Shown here: positions 55,901-64,000 of the stretch, piece after piece | How positions within the stretch are numbered: position 1 is the first letter of the stretch | Layout: each line of letters begins with the position of its first letter | Assembly: GCA_016177405.1 (NCBI GenBank) | Contig: JACOVG010000012.1 | Coordinates: 5,385-69,384, forward strand | DNA from: Candidatus Omnitrophota bacterium | GTDB lineage: Bacteria; Omnitrophota; Gorgyraeia; 1-14-0-20-64-10 | Direction of reading: 5' to 3' | DNA length: 64,000 nt | The notes under the pieces: model-generated | Told to the model about the DNA's origin: nothing | Databases searched by the model: none | The model's input: the letters and a program-made list of their open reading frames with translations, nothing else | Position numbers and translations under genes: made by a program

Positions 55901-56774
55901 GACCCTCTCGACCACCGACGGGGTTTCTCCAGATGAGGTTTTGGCTCTTCTTGACGCAGCGCTTGCTCGGCAGAAAGAGAATCCGAAGTCCCTGGGAGAG
56001 GTGGTGGCGATGGAGGACCACCTCACAGAGATGATTGCCCAGCGGCTCGAAGAATCGGCTGCCGTGGGAGAATCCGATGCCGGGCTGGAGGAGGCGAGGC
56101 CGACCCCAGCGGTGCGGATCCCGGAGGGGGATGAGGTGGTTGATCTGGGGACACTGGAGGGGGGGGAGACTCTTGGCTTATGGATTTTTCCGGGAAATGG
56201 GGAACGATCCCTGATTGGCCGGATCTTGATAGATGGAGAAGTGAAGGGCGCGGTTTTTCTAAGATTCCCCAATGAGACTGCCGTGCTGGGCGATATCCTT
56301 GTGGGTGAAGAAAAAGGGATGCCAGATCCGCTCCATCGAGGCAGAGGGGTTGGGACGAAGGTTATGGATTGGATTCTTCGAAATCGCATACCGCCCCGCG
56401 TGCGCCACCTTACAGCCGTTGTGAGGAATCCATACCTCCTGGCTCTTTTTAAGAATCTGGAAGAGAGGAAACTGCTGATGGAAGCCACGGTAAGCGGCAG
56501 AGGTTTGGACGTCTGGATAGCTGATTTCTTAAGAGAGCATGAACTGAACAGACTGCAGGATGAGTACGGGACCATTGACGTAGATTTTAGAGCGGGATTG
56601 AACTCAAACCATGTTGTTGCTGGCCCCTCGACTGGGCCCGGGGCCGGCCTGGAGGAGGCGAGGAGGGTGGAGGCGCTGTTCGCGCTGGAGCGGGCGGCCG
56701 GTGAAGCCGGCGTGCCGGCGGGCGATTCAAGCGAAAAGGCCGAGGAGGTTCGCGCCCACGGCGGCATGCTATAA
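46950..56774 (+). CDS. Giant GLEE-modular secreted protein (three tandem ~600-aa unknown domains, helical repeats, GNAT-like module)
   Basis: 3274-aa ORF; signal ending CPAPAYS|LRE; GLEE at 47094, 56082 and 56646; lies between ispG and proS. Confidence 0.85.
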   Translation: MRTNTLAGLVRRFFALWLILALACPAPAYSLRESQEDTTLDELPRALTGLEETPLPLPAASGNGDEILREIAEARRLAEGNTLDQNVTTIASVAVDGSEKSIRMSWQDGTWEDLFDSFSVAVKTYPLLRPLVPGPETVTEQVRQKIEEAKGLEIPVFKGDVGEFFLSVGSAARLKEELLVLGRKPPSRQELDELASSLREVLEEPRSGRTARQRLDALRAQAGEKERRSLEKAIQAMDEMVREFLADNETIWKAIAVLEKAVGGDLRRVPGGVAGDLLRPLTQRAGDWFLSGLLLRALLQDSPGEKTLEIEKIKKRLALMEEEKRSVLRYRLSRRADARALRAVFYDAYRLALSAALEALTEELSQADPADEGRAVDLEIRIWLMGFEALHLVKEEAATQAVWSSAREARPSAGPVNNIRRMTPSVGVLFLRPDGTLRRFVPGGGSFHAPHMVGYFTPTRFAQWYEPGDRIYLLANTLTGALALDQFRSYLESVNHLQAVFPDLPTPGLGIATEGGITLYHPRASAGDPSGWERICEPVASALSCYIEFFDQMHKAILNDDDKWRRKLARGQFGNRWQSVVRDAYPEKKYPGLLAQVAKDVTIQFGKRISNLRDVKSGELVYEIGFLEGQVNRIVGERITQGLLGGFFTEEKVSGLTDRPFPAPTPPGAPASPAVPPAETVQESPFAASADEREVFPAGLLQEAPPLTDPDPVRRLLDEMTGLAFAGGYLPDMVSTEYEDLERRQIRLVMDAGASRALPFLLVSLEFPETKLSPLAPEPRVGGRPVERLIVKRIRKEEASRIVEGMPGAAVFKEVIPKVQRLLDADAPPKEMEGPVKELLPALVKFLEQGGGGRGPMEQAAQRLETDPAFREVMEFLKRRLDVMMEGDLLNEELWRKRGKLEAGWARERIAAFRSRLSDPRIQACLDCDLEKLPLQGKVSYDLVAAPVADAEGAARQGELLALMERTDLKALRQSYVEALRLACWKKAMELQRDLETRALDYRFQRESLVTAMLALTLETGAVLSSLMQSQAGEIRANESVKRTRLATGIGVLLLNQDNSPARFVPGGGGMDLVHLMGTHYNRHSIRPWHEKGQKIVLCQLSFTGPPGMDQLAAFLDDWFYLQRGLDGNPEILLGVAAADGAMRVYRPSGPRLPAEDPVGWARVRDRVETVYGDHYNRFIDAFKKLEGSPEKGPDAALYREAGLHFRSRLLEALQESLPNPMPEQIMAKIEDRFGPDLDELAQDPRPMRVSSLLAKVKAAVSECLAAHLMESDLFVPVQVPGVTGRHKAAAGGALPAVVREILEMREKAEGGFLGPNVTAASASKLSWTEVRLWMNWTGSPEYPGGPVVLPFGSPAMRPLAPDLELLEPEVREAISRGKRWQVSRLGRDAGLKEMRGNPAISALEKLLLPFEKGELVQETEEDSKAAVKAVKERGEYAAWEKRLARDRSAPEKTKFKQWLREESYKELERILREKERKIRQKPPPKPRELLAASRAVLEYVPNKGRPDFRERPDLAPAISEAKILFEKILRLAQRIMQARVLLERAAPSGKVPAAPAISCLEPLMGDTEGWPTVSIKMRRQLENLKALSPESRVNLEEILQIVEEAREEAITWHTFLTFSRVPWAPLRLVYYDVYRSVLLDEVKRLELLAPETNGQELEWQSRAVALEIMHAELEAAFSSLLQRWARPPEEKESDQFTHPVEGSGLLVLDQALRPVRFIPGGGQFVGVTILAPYYDPIRVKEWTGEAGQAVYLYNTVSGWPAVESLDYYCAAARLFSAMYPGAALPWFGVAAPSGVRVYRPREDLASPSGLGRAYDPIAREEARFKRFTIGLDIRFLRISKEDIRFLFLARGQFLGELEKVLRDVFDEATVQEMMREVRDRLGQSIEALDPDEKNLDALGLAFARLVVSVRRLIGELAAPHLLDELFEEVQVDWEHPVQPLAIPPPAQAPPEQAVEREPETTAPAPLLLKLDDQAAEAGPPPQPMPGEAGGKPAKGSKGPQGEDVKLKAAAREIASNLAGLADAAGFRGRWVERLLAEKVRERLKGNNSWQPTNGIEPFRQVLVQGREKHHRQGVELAGAIGKCKTSEELERLKGQVDGLGDDEVDKLYEDKKRNIVHQGLAEQAVGDPVFQAWWPPNRIQAEALGLLKKNPGWTYEDLKSKLQKIRKSWEEEARQREEARMLAASERILEAAGKEPSLQGLAQERLGALAAAFLKEKPKGTPADFVAQLREMMSQEGQKKRGELKRLCLGKTQEAGVSLDWIFPSNLLELEADVYLDKDSSPSPEGFIAHLKELAKQRRWKELREIGIQANASEQFGLSFVQIEEEARGHVSAAPFTDWDQDQGAFVERLRERAAQLGEELRRDLIRRVSQAVRSALNPDYWGFEEGWLEAQAESWLTAVPLSFDPDQPEAFLRQVKLERLIREAQTAQELTEFSIPPDVVRQEAERLLAEQGIEEIKRTPIWFVDRLYKIYDAKKREEEAKKKGWAGRVGKATSSKELAELLSQPDFPEELRPVAENRQQLFLLVETARESALLRQAGFSDDELIQEAAQLLSGGEPVTPAGFVKRLHKIWREREALKRAERIEQLLAAAKADPPEGGWIFNGAELLERATGFLEFSGAREPVPADFVAQLKQEQARKKLEAEEKRVRTLVEAAQAASDRSQWPFSDAELEAMVRVFPGNDPAAFLAHLRRKIEEERVRKEEQKRREEQARLQGFLEGFNHINTERGWGVSPERALAAAQSLLRESPSATVDQMVELLEPASPEQVRQALSAWNQAADERVDFGNQEGAFTISATELLDPNLWYLTSHASVGVERIERTLEAARSNPDPEKGVKRLASVETFLEEFGQAINDLPLERGRKLDGLTPYSVFRERFMTGSDTPATRMEAVRQYLDVLKNRIRTIKQTALLRRLKEYLTGRWSIEEDREEPTASLISPDALIPLLVEDVNKGWTSLRAAKLLEAGKTFIGAHPWYPSGLLAMNVQTLSTTDGVSPDEVLALLDAALARQKENPKSLGEVVAMEDHLTEMIAQRLEESAAVGESDAGLEEARPTPAVRIPEGDEVVDLGTLEGGETLGLWIFPGNGERSLIGRILIDGEVKGAVFLRFPNETAVLGDILVGEEKGMPDPLHRGRGVGTKVMDWILRNRIPPRVRHLTAVVRNPYLLALFKNLEERKLLMEATVSGRGLDVWIADFLREHELNRLQDEYGTIDVDFRAGLNSNHVVAGPSTGPGAGLEEARRVEALFALERAAGEAGVPAGDSSEKAEEVRAHGGML
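56094..56645 (+). other. Module: GNAT-like acetyltransferase
   Basis: AVLGDILV...HRGRGVGTKVMDWIL (R/QxxGxG acetyl-CoA motif), V.N..L..LF; exactly bracketed by two AGLEEAR motifs. Confidence 0.6.
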
Positions 56775-56775
56775 T
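56767..56775 (+). promoter_or_regulatory. Extended -10 promoter TGCTATAAT for proS (probably leaderless)
   Basis: Consensus TGnTATAAT ends 7 nt before ATG 56783 and overlaps the stop of the giant gene. Confidence 0.65.
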
Positions 56776-56782
56776 GCCGGGC

Positions 56783-58078
56783 ATGCGGTGGACCGAGGCG
56801 CACATTCCGACGTTAAGGGAGACCCCGGCCGAGGCGGAGATCGCCAGCCACCGGCTGATGTTGAGGGCCGGGTTGATCCGCAAGCTCTCCTCCGGCACCT
56901 ATTCCTACCTCCCCTTGGGCCAGCGCTCCCTCTCGAAGGTCATCCGGATCATCCGCGAGGAGATGGATCGCTCCGGCGCCCTGGAGGTTCTTCTTCCGGC
57001 GCTTCAGCCGGCGGAGCTTTGGAAGCGCTCGGGCCGGTACGAGCTGATGGGCCCGGAGATGATCCGGTTCAAGGACCGCCACGGCAAGGAGATGGTGCTG
57101 GGCCCCACCCACGAGGAGGTGATCACCTCCTTGGTCTCCGGCGAGCTCCGCTCCTACCGGGACCTGCCGAAAACCCTCTACCAGATCCAGGTGAAATTCC
57201 GGGATGAGCCCAGGCCCCGCTTCGGCGTGATCCGCTCCTCGGAGTTCCTCATGAAGGACGCCTACAGCTTCGACCGGAACGAGGCGGGCCTGAACGCCAA
57301 TTACCAGAAGATGTTGGAGGCCTACCGCCGGATCTTTGAGCGCTGCGGGCTCGCGGCCTTGCCGGTGGAGGCGGAAACCGGCTTCATGGGGGGGTCGGAT
57401 TCCCACGAGTTCATGGTCCCGGCGGCCAGCGGCGAGGACACGGTGGTCCGGTGCTCGGGGTGCGCCTACGCCGCTTCCAAAGAGAAGGCGGCCGCCCAGC
57501 TGGCCAAGCCGGTTCAGGAAGGGAGCCCTTGCCCCAAGTGCGGCAAGCCGCTCGCCCTGCTGGCCGCCATCGAGGTGGGCCACATCTTCAAGCTGGGCAC
57601 CAAGTATTCGGCCAAGCTCGAGGCCCTCTTTTTGGATGAGGACGGCAAGGAGAAGCCGTTTGTCATGGGCTGTTACGGGATCGGCGTCACCCGGATCCTG
57701 GCGGCGGTCATCGAGACCCGCCACGACGATTTTGGGATCCAGTGGCCGGCGGAGGTGGCCCCTTACCCGGCGGTGATCGTGCCGATCAACCTCTCGGACG
57801 CCAAGACCCGGCAGGCCGCCGAGGATCTTTACCAGGGGATGGCCCAGGCGGGGCTGGAGGTCCTGCTGGACGACCGGGAGGTCTCCGGCGGCGTGAAGAT
57901 GAAGGACGCCGACCTGATCGGTTTCCCCATCCGGGTGCTGATCAGCGAGAAGACCCTTCAGAAATCCTCCGTGGAAGTGAAGCTCCGCTGTGAGAAAGAA
58001 ACCAGCCTCGTCACGCCTGCCGAAGCGATTTCCCTCGTCAAGAACCGTCTTGACAAGGGGTCTTCCCCCGTCGGATAA
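56783..58078 (+). CDS. proS: Proline--tRNA ligase, short form lacking the INS editing domain
   Basis: MRWT..IPTLRETPAEAEIASHRLMLRAG, LGPTHEE, KFRDEPRPRFG, EVGHIFKLGTKYS, MGCYGIG. Confidence 0.96.
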   Translation: MRWTEAHIPTLRETPAEAEIASHRLMLRAGLIRKLSSGTYSYLPLGQRSLSKVIRIIREEMDRSGALEVLLPALQPAELWKRSGRYELMGPEMIRFKDRHGKEMVLGPTHEEVITSLVSGELRSYRDLPKTLYQIQVKFRDEPRPRFGVIRSSEFLMKDAYSFDRNEAGLNANYQKMLEAYRRIFERCGLAALPVEAETGFMGGSDSHEFMVPAASGEDTVVRCSGCAYAASKEKAAAQLAKPVQEGSPCPKCGKPLALLAAIEVGHIFKLGTKYSAKLEALFLDEDGKEKPFVMGCYGIGVTRILAAVIETRHDDFGIQWPAEVAPYPAVIVPINLSDAKTRQAAEDLYQGMAQAGLEVLLDDREVSGGVKMKDADLIGFPIRVLISEKTLQKSSVEVKLRCEKETSLVTPAEAISLVKNRLDKGSSPVG

Positions 58079-58079
58079 T
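58050..58079 (+). promoter_or_regulatory. sigma70-type promoter of the rimP-nusA-infB operon
   Basis: TTGACA (58050-58055), 18 nt, GATAAT (58074-58079). Confidence 0.55.
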
Positions 58080-58121
58080 ACCCTTACATCTAGAGGAGGA
58101 CCGCCCATCCGGCGGTAACCC

Positions 58122-58149
58122 AAGTGGGAGCTTTGCGTCCCACTTTTTT
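58122..58149 (+). terminator. rimP leader hairpin / attenuator
   Basis: AAGTGGGA-loop-TCCCACTT followed by a U-run, just upstream of rimP; matches the GTGGG..CCCAC leader commonly seen before rimP-nusA. Confidence 0.75.
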
Positions 58150-58169
58150 GTTCTAGGAAAGAGTGAAGG

Positions 58170-58637
58170 ATGTTCGATCAAGAAGCGATCATCGAGAGGG
58201 TCAAGGCGCTCGTGGCGCCGCTTTTGGCCGGCCGCCGGGCCGATCTGGTGGAGCTCACCTATCGCTTTGAGGGCTCCCGGATGGTCCTGCGGTTTCTGGT
58301 GGACACGGCGCGGGGGATCACCCTGGACGAGCTGGGCCGCTTGAACCAGGCGATCGGCGCCCTGCTGGACGAGCGCGACGCGATCCCCTCGGCCTACGTG
58401 CTGGAGGTGAGCTCGCCGGGGCTGGACCGGCCGCTTAAGACGCCACTCGACTTTGAGCGGATGATCGGCCGGCGGATCAAGGTGAGCACGGCGGTTCCTG
58501 TAGCCGGCCGGCGGGAGCTGGCCGGAGAGCTGGTCAACGCCAACGAGGAGGCGATTCAACTGAAGCTGGACAACGGCGAAAAAACGCGAATTCTTCTTAC
58601 CGAGGTGGTCCGCGCCGTGCAGGACGTGGAGATCTGA
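58170..58637 (+). CDS. rimP: Ribosome maturation factor RimP
   Basis: LRFLVD..GITLD, YVLEVSSPGLDRPL. Confidence 0.95.
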   Translation: MFDQEAIIERVKALVAPLLAGRRADLVELTYRFEGSRMVLRFLVDTARGITLDELGRLNQAIGALLDERDAIPSAYVLEVSSPGLDRPLKTPLDFERMIGRRIKVSTAVPVAGRRELAGELVNANEEAIQLKLDNGEKTRILLTEVVRAVQDVEI

Positions 58638-58653
58638 TGGGGGCGGCCTTAAG

Positions 58654-59856
58654 GTGAACGCGGAATTCTTGGCGGTCATTGACCAGATGACCCGGGAGAA
58701 GGGGATCGACCGGGAGGTGGTGCTGGAGGCGGTGGAGTCGGCCTTGGCCTCCGCCGCCCGCAAGGTGGTGGGCCCCGAGGGGGGCGAGGTCTCGGTCAAG
58801 ATCGACCGGACGACCGGCGCCATCAAGATCTTCTCGGGCGATCAGGAGCTTTCCGGGGCGGGCCTGGGCCGGATCGCGGCCCAGACCGCCAAGCAGGTGA
58901 TCATCCAGAAGCTTCGGGGGGCCGAGCGGGAGGTGGTTTACCACGAGTTTTCTCACCGCGCCGGCACCCTGATCAGCGGCACCATGCACCGCTTCGAGCG
59001 GGGCGCCGTGATCGTGGATCTGGGCAAGACCGAGGCGATTCTCCCCAAGCGGGAACAGTCTCCCAAGGAGAGCTTCCGCCCCGGCGACCGGATCCGGGCC
59101 TACTGCCTGGAGGTCAGCAAGGCGGCCAAGGGGCCGCAGGTGATTCTCTCCCGCGTCCACCCCTTGCTGGTGAATGAGCTCTTCAAGCTGGAGGTCCCGG
59201 AGATCGCCCAGGGGATCGTGGAGATCAAGTCCGTCTCGCGCGAGCCCGGCGACCGCTCGAAGATCGCCGTCTACTCGAAGGACGAGAAGGTGGATGGGGT
59301 GGGGGCCTGCGTGGGGATGCGCGGAACGCGGGTCAAGGACATCGTCCGGGAGCTGCAGGGTGAGAAGATCGACATCATCCGGTACTCGCCGAAGCTGGAC
59401 GAGTACGTGACGGCCGCTCTGGCCCCGGCCCAGGTGGCCGAGATCACGATCTCGCCGGACAAGAAGCGGGCCGCGGTCGTGGTGGAGGACGATCAACTGT
59501 CGCTGGCGATCGGCAAGAAGGGGCAGAACGTCCGTTTGGCCGCGAAGCTCACGGGCCTGGACATCGACATCCGTTCCAAGACCCAGAAGGAGATCCTTTC
59601 CAAGATGTCGGTGAGCGACCTGGCTGGGGTGGGGCCCAAGATGCTCGAAGAGCTTAACCAGGCCGGATACACCTCGGTCTTCAAGGTCGCGCAAACGACC
59701 CTGGAGGACCTCTTGAAGGTGAAGGGAATCGGCGAGAAAACGGCGGTGAAACTGCTTGAGGGGGCCAGAGAGCTCATTCAGAAACTCGAGGCCAAGGCCC
59801 AGGTTCAGGAAACCGCCGAGCCCGAGCCCGAAAAGAAGGAGGCCGCCGGGGAATAA
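58654..59856 (+). CDS. nusA: Transcription termination factor NusA
   Basis: [63 protein letters not shown]-terminal HhH. Confidence 0.97.
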   Translation: MNAEFLAVIDQMTREKGIDREVVLEAVESALASAARKVVGPEGGEVSVKIDRTTGAIKIFSGDQELSGAGLGRIAAQTAKQVIIQKLRGAEREVVYHEFSHRAGTLISGTMHRFERGAVIVDLGKTEAILPKREQSPKESFRPGDRIRAYCLEVSKAAKGPQVILSRVHPLLVNELFKLEVPEIAQGIVEIKSVSREPGDRSKIAVYSKDEKVDGVGACVGMRGTRVKDIVRELQGEKIDIIRYSPKLDEYVTAALAPAQVAEITISPDKKRAAVVVEDDQLSLAIGKKGQNVRLAAKLTGLDIDIRSKTQKEILSKMSVSDLAGVGPKMLEELNQAGYTSVFKVAQTTLEDLLKVKGIGEKTAVKLLEGARELIQKLEAKAQVQETAEPEPEKKEAAGE

Positions 59857-59857
59857 G

Positions 59858-62290
59858 ATGGCGAAGACCTCCGCCGCCAAATCCAAGAAGGCCGTCAAGC
59901 CGGCGCCGGCTCGCAAGAAGCTTCCTGCCGTCAAGCCGAAGGCGCGGAAGGCCCCGCCGGCCAAACCGGCCAAGCATTCCGCCGCAGTTATTCTGTCCAA
60001 GAAGCCGCCCGCGGAGCCCACCTTAAGACTGGTGGGATTGCCCAGGGGAATTCCGCCTCCCCGCAGAAGGCCGCCGGCGCCTCCCCCATTTTTAGCGCCC
60101 CCTCTGCCACAGAAAATGGCGGATGCGCCAAGTTCTGTGGCGCACAAGCTGGTCTTGCCGCCGGCCGCGCCCGCCGCGCCGCAAAAACCTCCGATCAAGC
60201 CGGCCGCGCCTAAACCGGTCTTGCCGGCCGCTCCGCCTTCGGCTCCTCCGCCGCAAAGCAAGGCGGATGCGCCAAGTTCTGTGGCGCACAAACCGGTCTC
60301 GCCGCCTGCCGCCGCGCCTGTTGCGTCTGCCGCGCCCGCGGCGCCTGTCACGCCCGCCGCGCCCACGGCGCCCCCCAGGCCGGGTCCTTCTTTTCCCTCT
60401 TACCGACCCAGAATGGGCGGCCGGCCCGGAATGCACAGGCCCAGGCCGCATCCTGCGCCGCCCAAAGCGGAGAAACCTGCCGCCCCCGAAACGGTTCAGC
60501 CGGTTTCGCCGCCTGCCGCCGAACCGGTCGCCCTCAAACCCTTTTCCGTGAGAGTTCCCCTGACCGTCAAGGAGCTGGCGGAGAAGCTGAACATCTCCCC
60601 CAGCGAGCTCATCAAGCGGTTGATCGGCATGAAGATCATGGCCACGATCAATCAGCTTCTCACGGAGGAACCGGTCAGGGGGCTCGTCAAGCTCTACGGC
60701 TTCGAATTCCAGGCCCTGCCCACGCTGGAAGAGGAGATCGAGGCGGTCCATGAGATTGAGGATCCGGCCCAGCTCAAGCCCCGGCCGCCGGTCGTGACCC
60801 TGATGGGGCACGTGGACCACGGGAAAACCTCTTTGCTGGACGCCATCCGAAAGAGCAAGGTCGCCGAGGGCGAGGCCGGCGGGATCACCCAGCACATCGG
60901 GGCTTACCGGGTGAGCCTGCCCAAAGGGTCGATCACCTTCCTGGACACGCCCGGCCACGAGGCCTTCACCGCCATGCGGGCGCGCGGGGCGCGCGTGACC
61001 GACATCGTGATCCTGGTGGTGGCGGCCGATGACGGCGTGATGCCCCAAACGATCGAGGCGATCGACCACGCCAAGGCGGCCGAGGCCACCATCGTGGTGG
61101 CGATGAACAAGATCGACAAGCCGCAGGCCAACCCGGACCGCCTCAAGAAACAGCTGGCGGAGCTCAACCTCATGCCGGAGGATTGGGGCGGCAAGACGAT
61201 CGTGGCCCCGGTTTCGGCCAAGACCGGCGAGGGGATTGACCACCTCCTGGAGATGGTTCTCCTGGAGGCGTCCCTCCTGGAGCTCAAGGCCGATCCGGCC
61301 AAGCCGGCCCGCGGGATTGTTCTGGAGGCGCAGTTGAGCAAGGGCGGGGGTCCCACGGCGCATGTCCTGGTGCAGAAGGGGACCCTGCGGGTGGGGGATG
61401 TCCTGGTGAGCGGCCCTTACTGGGGCAGGGTTCGCGCCATGCTGGACGAGCGGGCCAGCCGCCTTCAGGAGGCCAGCCCCTCGACGCCGCTGGAGATTCT
61501 GGGGCTTAACGGCGTCCCCAAGGCCGGCGACTCCTTCCTTGTGGTGGGCGACGAGAAAAAGGCCCGGGAGGTGGTGACGCGCCGGCAGGAGGAAACGAGA
61601 AGCGGTCAGGTCACCCTGACCGGGCGTCATGCGGTGAGCCTGGAGGATTTTCACAAGCTGTTGGCGGAGGGCAAGCTCAAGAGTCTGAATCTGATCCTCA
61701 AGGCAGACGTGCAGGGTTCGGCCGAGGCCCTGCAGGATGCCCTCTCCAAGATTTCATCGGACGAGGTTTCCTTCAAGGTGCTCCACTCGGGGGTGGGGGA
61801 TGTGACCGAGCCCGACGTCCTCTTGGCGGAGGCCTCGGCGGCGGTGGTGATCGGCTTCCACGTGGGGATGACCCCCGAGGCCGAGATTCTGGCCAAGCAG
61901 GAGAAGGTGGATGTGCGGCTCTACCGGATCATCTACGAGGCGATCGCCGACATCCGGGCCGCCCTGGAGGGCTTGCTCGCGCCCAAGCTGGTGGAGAGCT
62001 CCTTGGGCAAGGCGAAGGTCCTTCAGGTTTTCAAGGTCTCCAAGTCCGGCACGATCGCCGGCTGCCAGGTTTTGAAGGGGAAGATTCTCCGCGGCGCCCT
62101 GGCGCGGGTGTTTCGCGGGCCGGACCAGCTGTTCGAAGGCAAGATCTCGTCTCTGAAGCGCTTCAAGGAGGACGTCCGGGAGGTGGCCGAGGGCTTCCAG
62201 TGCGGCATCTCGGTCTCCGGCTGGTCCGAGTTTCAGCCGGAGGACCTCATTGAGGTGATCGAAGTGGAGTCGGTGGCCCAGAAGCTGTGA
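59858..62290 (+). CDS. infB: Translation initiation factor IF-2
   Basis: [51 protein letters not shown]; Pro/Ala/Lys-rich N-terminus; start at ATG 59858. Confidence 0.97.
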   Translation: MAKTSAAKSKKAVKPAPARKKLPAVKPKARKAPPAKPAKHSAAVILSKKPPAEPTLRLVGLPRGIPPPRRRPPAPPPFLAPPLPQKMADAPSSVAHKLVLPPAAPAAPQKPPIKPAAPKPVLPAAPPSAPPPQSKADAPSSVAHKPVSPPAAAPVASAAPAAPVTPAAPTAPPRPGPSFPSYRPRMGGRPGMHRPRPHPAPPKAEKPAAPETVQPVSPPAAEPVALKPFSVRVPLTVKELAEKLNISPSELIKRLIGMKIMATINQLLTEEPVRGLVKLYGFEFQALPTLEEEIEAVHEIEDPAQLKPRPPVVTLMGHVDHGKTSLLDAIRKSKVAEGEAGGITQHIGAYRVSLPKGSITFLDTPGHEAFTAMRARGARVTDIVILVVAADDGVMPQTIEAIDHAKAAEATIVVAMNKIDKPQANPDRLKKQLAELNLMPEDWGGKTIVAPVSAKTGEGIDHLLEMVLLEASLLELKADPAKPARGIVLEAQLSKGGGPTAHVLVQKGTLRVGDVLVSGPYWGRVRAMLDERASRLQEASPSTPLEILGLNGVPKAGDSFLVVGDEKKAREVVTRRQEETRSGQVTLTGRHAVSLEDFHKLLAEGKLKSLNLILKADVQGSAEALQDALSKISSDEVSFKVLHSGVGDVTEPDVLLAEASAAVVIGFHVGMTPEAEILAKQEKVDVRLYRIIYEAIADIRAALEGLLAPKLVESSLGKAKVLQVFKVSKSGTIAGCQVLKGKILRGALARVFRGPDQLFEGKISSLKRFKEDVREVAEGFQCGISVSGWSEFQPEDLIEVIEVESVAQKL
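60118..60291 (+). repeat. Two identical 30-bp hairpin-containing repeats in the infB N-terminus
   Basis: GGCGGATGCGCCAAGTTCTGTGGCGCACAA at 60118-60147 and 60262-60291; stem TGCGCCA/TGGCGCA; encodes [10 protein letters not shown]. Confidence 0.9.
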
Positions 62291-63267
62291 AAAGGGTTCT
62301 AAGCGGCATGCGGCCCACCGGGCCCCTTCACCTGGGACATTGGGTGGGGGCCCTTAAAAATTGGGTCGAGTTGCAGAAGACGTACGAATGCTTCTTCATG
62401 GCGGCCGACTGGCACGCCCTGATGAGCGAGTACGAGCGGCCCGCCGGCATCGAGGCCGAGGTCCGCGGGATGGTGTCGGACTGGCTGGCAGCCGGCATCG
62501 ATCCCAAGAGATCGATCATCTTCCGCCAATCGGATGTCCCCGAGCACGCCGAGCTGTTCCTGATCTTGTCGATCGTGGTCCCCTTGGGATGGGTGGAGCG
62601 GGTTCCCACCTACAAGGAGCAGCTTCGTGAGATCAAGGGGCGGGACCTGGCCACCTACGGCTTCCTGGGCTACCCGGTTCTTCAAGCCGCCGACATCCTC
62701 CTGTACAAGGCCGACGCCGTTCCGGTGGGAGAGGATCAGCTTCCGCATCTGGAGCTGACCCGGGAGATCGCGCGCCGCTTCAAGTTCTTGTACAAAAAAG
62801 ATCTTTTTCCGGAGCCCAAGCCGCTCCTCGCCCCGGAAGCGAAGCTCCTGGGGCTGGACGGCCGGAAGATGTCCAAGTCGTACGACAACTTTCTGGCTCT
62901 TTCCGAGGCGCCGGAGGCAATCCGCAGGAAGGCGCAGAAGATGTTCACCGATCCCAAAAGAATCAAGATGACGGACCCCGGCCACCCGGAGGAGTGCAAC
63001 GTCTGCCACTACTGGGAGGTCTTTGCTCCGGGGGAGGCGCCGGCGGTTTGGGAGAAATGCCGGAAGTCTCTGTGGGGCTGCACCCAGAACAAGGAGGCGC
63101 TGGCCGAGACGCTCATCCGCTTGACCGAACCCTTCCGGGCGGCCAGGGAATCGTCCGGCGCCAACTCGTCCATCGACAGGATCCTCGCGGAGGGGGCCCA
63201 GCGCGCCCGGGAGACGGCCCGGGCCACCCTGCGCGAGGTGAAGGAGGCCATTGGCCTACAAGGTTAA
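62287..63267 (+). CDS. trpS: Tryptophan--tRNA ligase
   Basis: SGMRPTGPLHLGH, ADWHAL, YPVLQAADIL, VPVGEDQLPHLELTRE, KMSKS. Confidence 0.97.
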   Translation: MKRVLSGMRPTGPLHLGHWVGALKNWVELQKTYECFFMAADWHALMSEYERPAGIEAEVRGMVSDWLAAGIDPKRSIIFRQSDVPEHAELFLILSIVVPLGWVERVPTYKEQLREIKGRDLATYGFLGYPVLQAADILLYKADAVPVGEDQLPHLELTREIARRFKFLYKKDLFPEPKPLLAPEAKLLGLDGRKMSKSYDNFLALSEAPEAIRRKAQKMFTDPKRIKMTDPGHPEECNVCHYWEVFAPGEAPAVWEKCRKSLWGCTQNKEALAETLIRLTEPFRAARESSGANSSIDRILAEGAQRARETARATLREVKEAIGLQG

Positions 63268-63988
63268 GCTGGAGATCTTCGAAGGGCCGCTGGACCTTCT
63301 GCTGTACCTGGTGAAGCAGAACCACCTGGAGATCACCCAGATACCGATTGCCCAGGTCACCGACCAGTACCTGAAGTATCTGGAGCTGATGCAGGCGTTG
63401 GACCTTGACATCGCGGGGGAGTTCCTCGTGATGGCGGCGACCCTCATGCAGATCAAGTCCAGATCCCTTCTGCCGCCGGATCAGCTGACCCCGGCCGAGC
63501 TCGAGGAGCCGGACCCGGCCCAGGAGCTGATCCAGCGGCTGATGGAGTACAGCCGCTTCAAGGAAGCGGCCCAGTGGTTAAGCGGCATGGAACAGGGCCG
63601 GCAGATTCAATTCACCCGCCCCTCGGCCGGATCGGCCGCGGGCGCGCCGGCCCTGGAAGAGGAATATGTGGAGGCCAGCCTCTTCGATCTGCTGACCGCC
63701 TTCTCCCAATTCATGGGAAGCCTCACCCCGGAGATGGTCCACGAGGTGATCCGGGATGAGTTCACCGTGGAGGGGAGAATCGCCGCCTTGAAGGAGCTGA
63801 TTCAGGAAAAGGAGCGGGTGAGCCTTCAGGAGCTTTTCTCCAAGGCGGCCGGCAAGCTTGAGGTGGTGGCGACCTTCCTGGCCCTGCTGGAGCTGATCCG
63901 CCAGAAGGCGGCCCTCGTCCGGCAGAGCCAGCTTTTTGGGGAGATCTGGGTGATTCGAAATACCGGCAGCGTGGAGGTGGCGGGGTGA
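63251..63988 (+). CDS. scpA: Segregation and condensation protein A
   Basis: YKVKLEIFEGPLDLLLYL, AGEFLVMAATL..IKSRSLLP, VATFLALLEL, Q..LFGEI. Confidence 0.95.
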   Translation: MAYKVKLEIFEGPLDLLLYLVKQNHLEITQIPIAQVTDQYLKYLELMQALDLDIAGEFLVMAATLMQIKSRSLLPPDQLTPAELEEPDPAQELIQRLMEYSRFKEAAQWLSGMEQGRQIQFTRPSAGSAAGAPALEEEYVEASLFDLLTAFSQFMGSLTPEMVHEVIRDEFTVEGRIAALKELIQEKERVSLQELFSKAAGKLEVVATFLALLELIRQKAALVRQSQLFGEIWVIRNTGSVEVAG

Positions 63989-64000
63989 GCGAGGCCGATC

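Noticed and set aside
21518-56774. GLEE-bounded segments as inteins or prepilin-type cleavage sites
   Set aside because: No Cys/Ser...His-Asn intein termini or homing-endonuclease motifs were seen, and there is no G|F-x-x-x-E plus hydrophobic helix pattern.
59858-60540. Pro/Ala/Lys-rich low-complexity stretch as a separate gene
   Set aside because: It is in frame with infB and typical of the variable IF-2 N-terminus.
63985-64000. Possible start of scpB (GTG overlapping the scpA stop)
   Set aside because: Only five codons are visible, too little to support a call.

Overview
High-GC bacterial chromosomal window; Omnitrophota/PVC-like placement is an inference from gene style only. Almost all genes are on the + strand. 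The backbone is housekeeping: hldA-kdsB-pyrG-kdsA-kdsD-lptC/A-lptB-hpf-tig-clpP, class V aminotransferase-serA-purA-hppA, uppS-cdsA-dxr-rseP-ispG and proS-rimP-nusA-infB-trpS-scpA. Four large to giant genes interrupt it (<1..3006, 21518..32872, 32908..39597, 46950..56774) and appear to form one family. Their proteins are divided into modules by a recurring [S/A/T]GLEE motif (21 copies counted, DNA consensus GGNYTNGAGGAR). The three complete members start with a signal peptide followed by (A/S)LR, and two end in a shared ~170-190 aa domain terminating LLxAA. The cargo between motifs is largely normally cytoplasmic metabolic enzymes: glycogen synthase-like, GT2, PfkB and ROK kinases, PLP aminotransferase, GlpX FBPase, class II FBP aldolase, transaldolase and GNAT, plus unknown repeated domains. 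This modular, apparently exported enzyme 'polyprotein' system is the main candidate for an undescribed system. Also present are several short palindromic repeats, some translated in frame at protein N-termini, and several probable leaderless promoters. All calls come from reading the sequence by eye; no searches were run.
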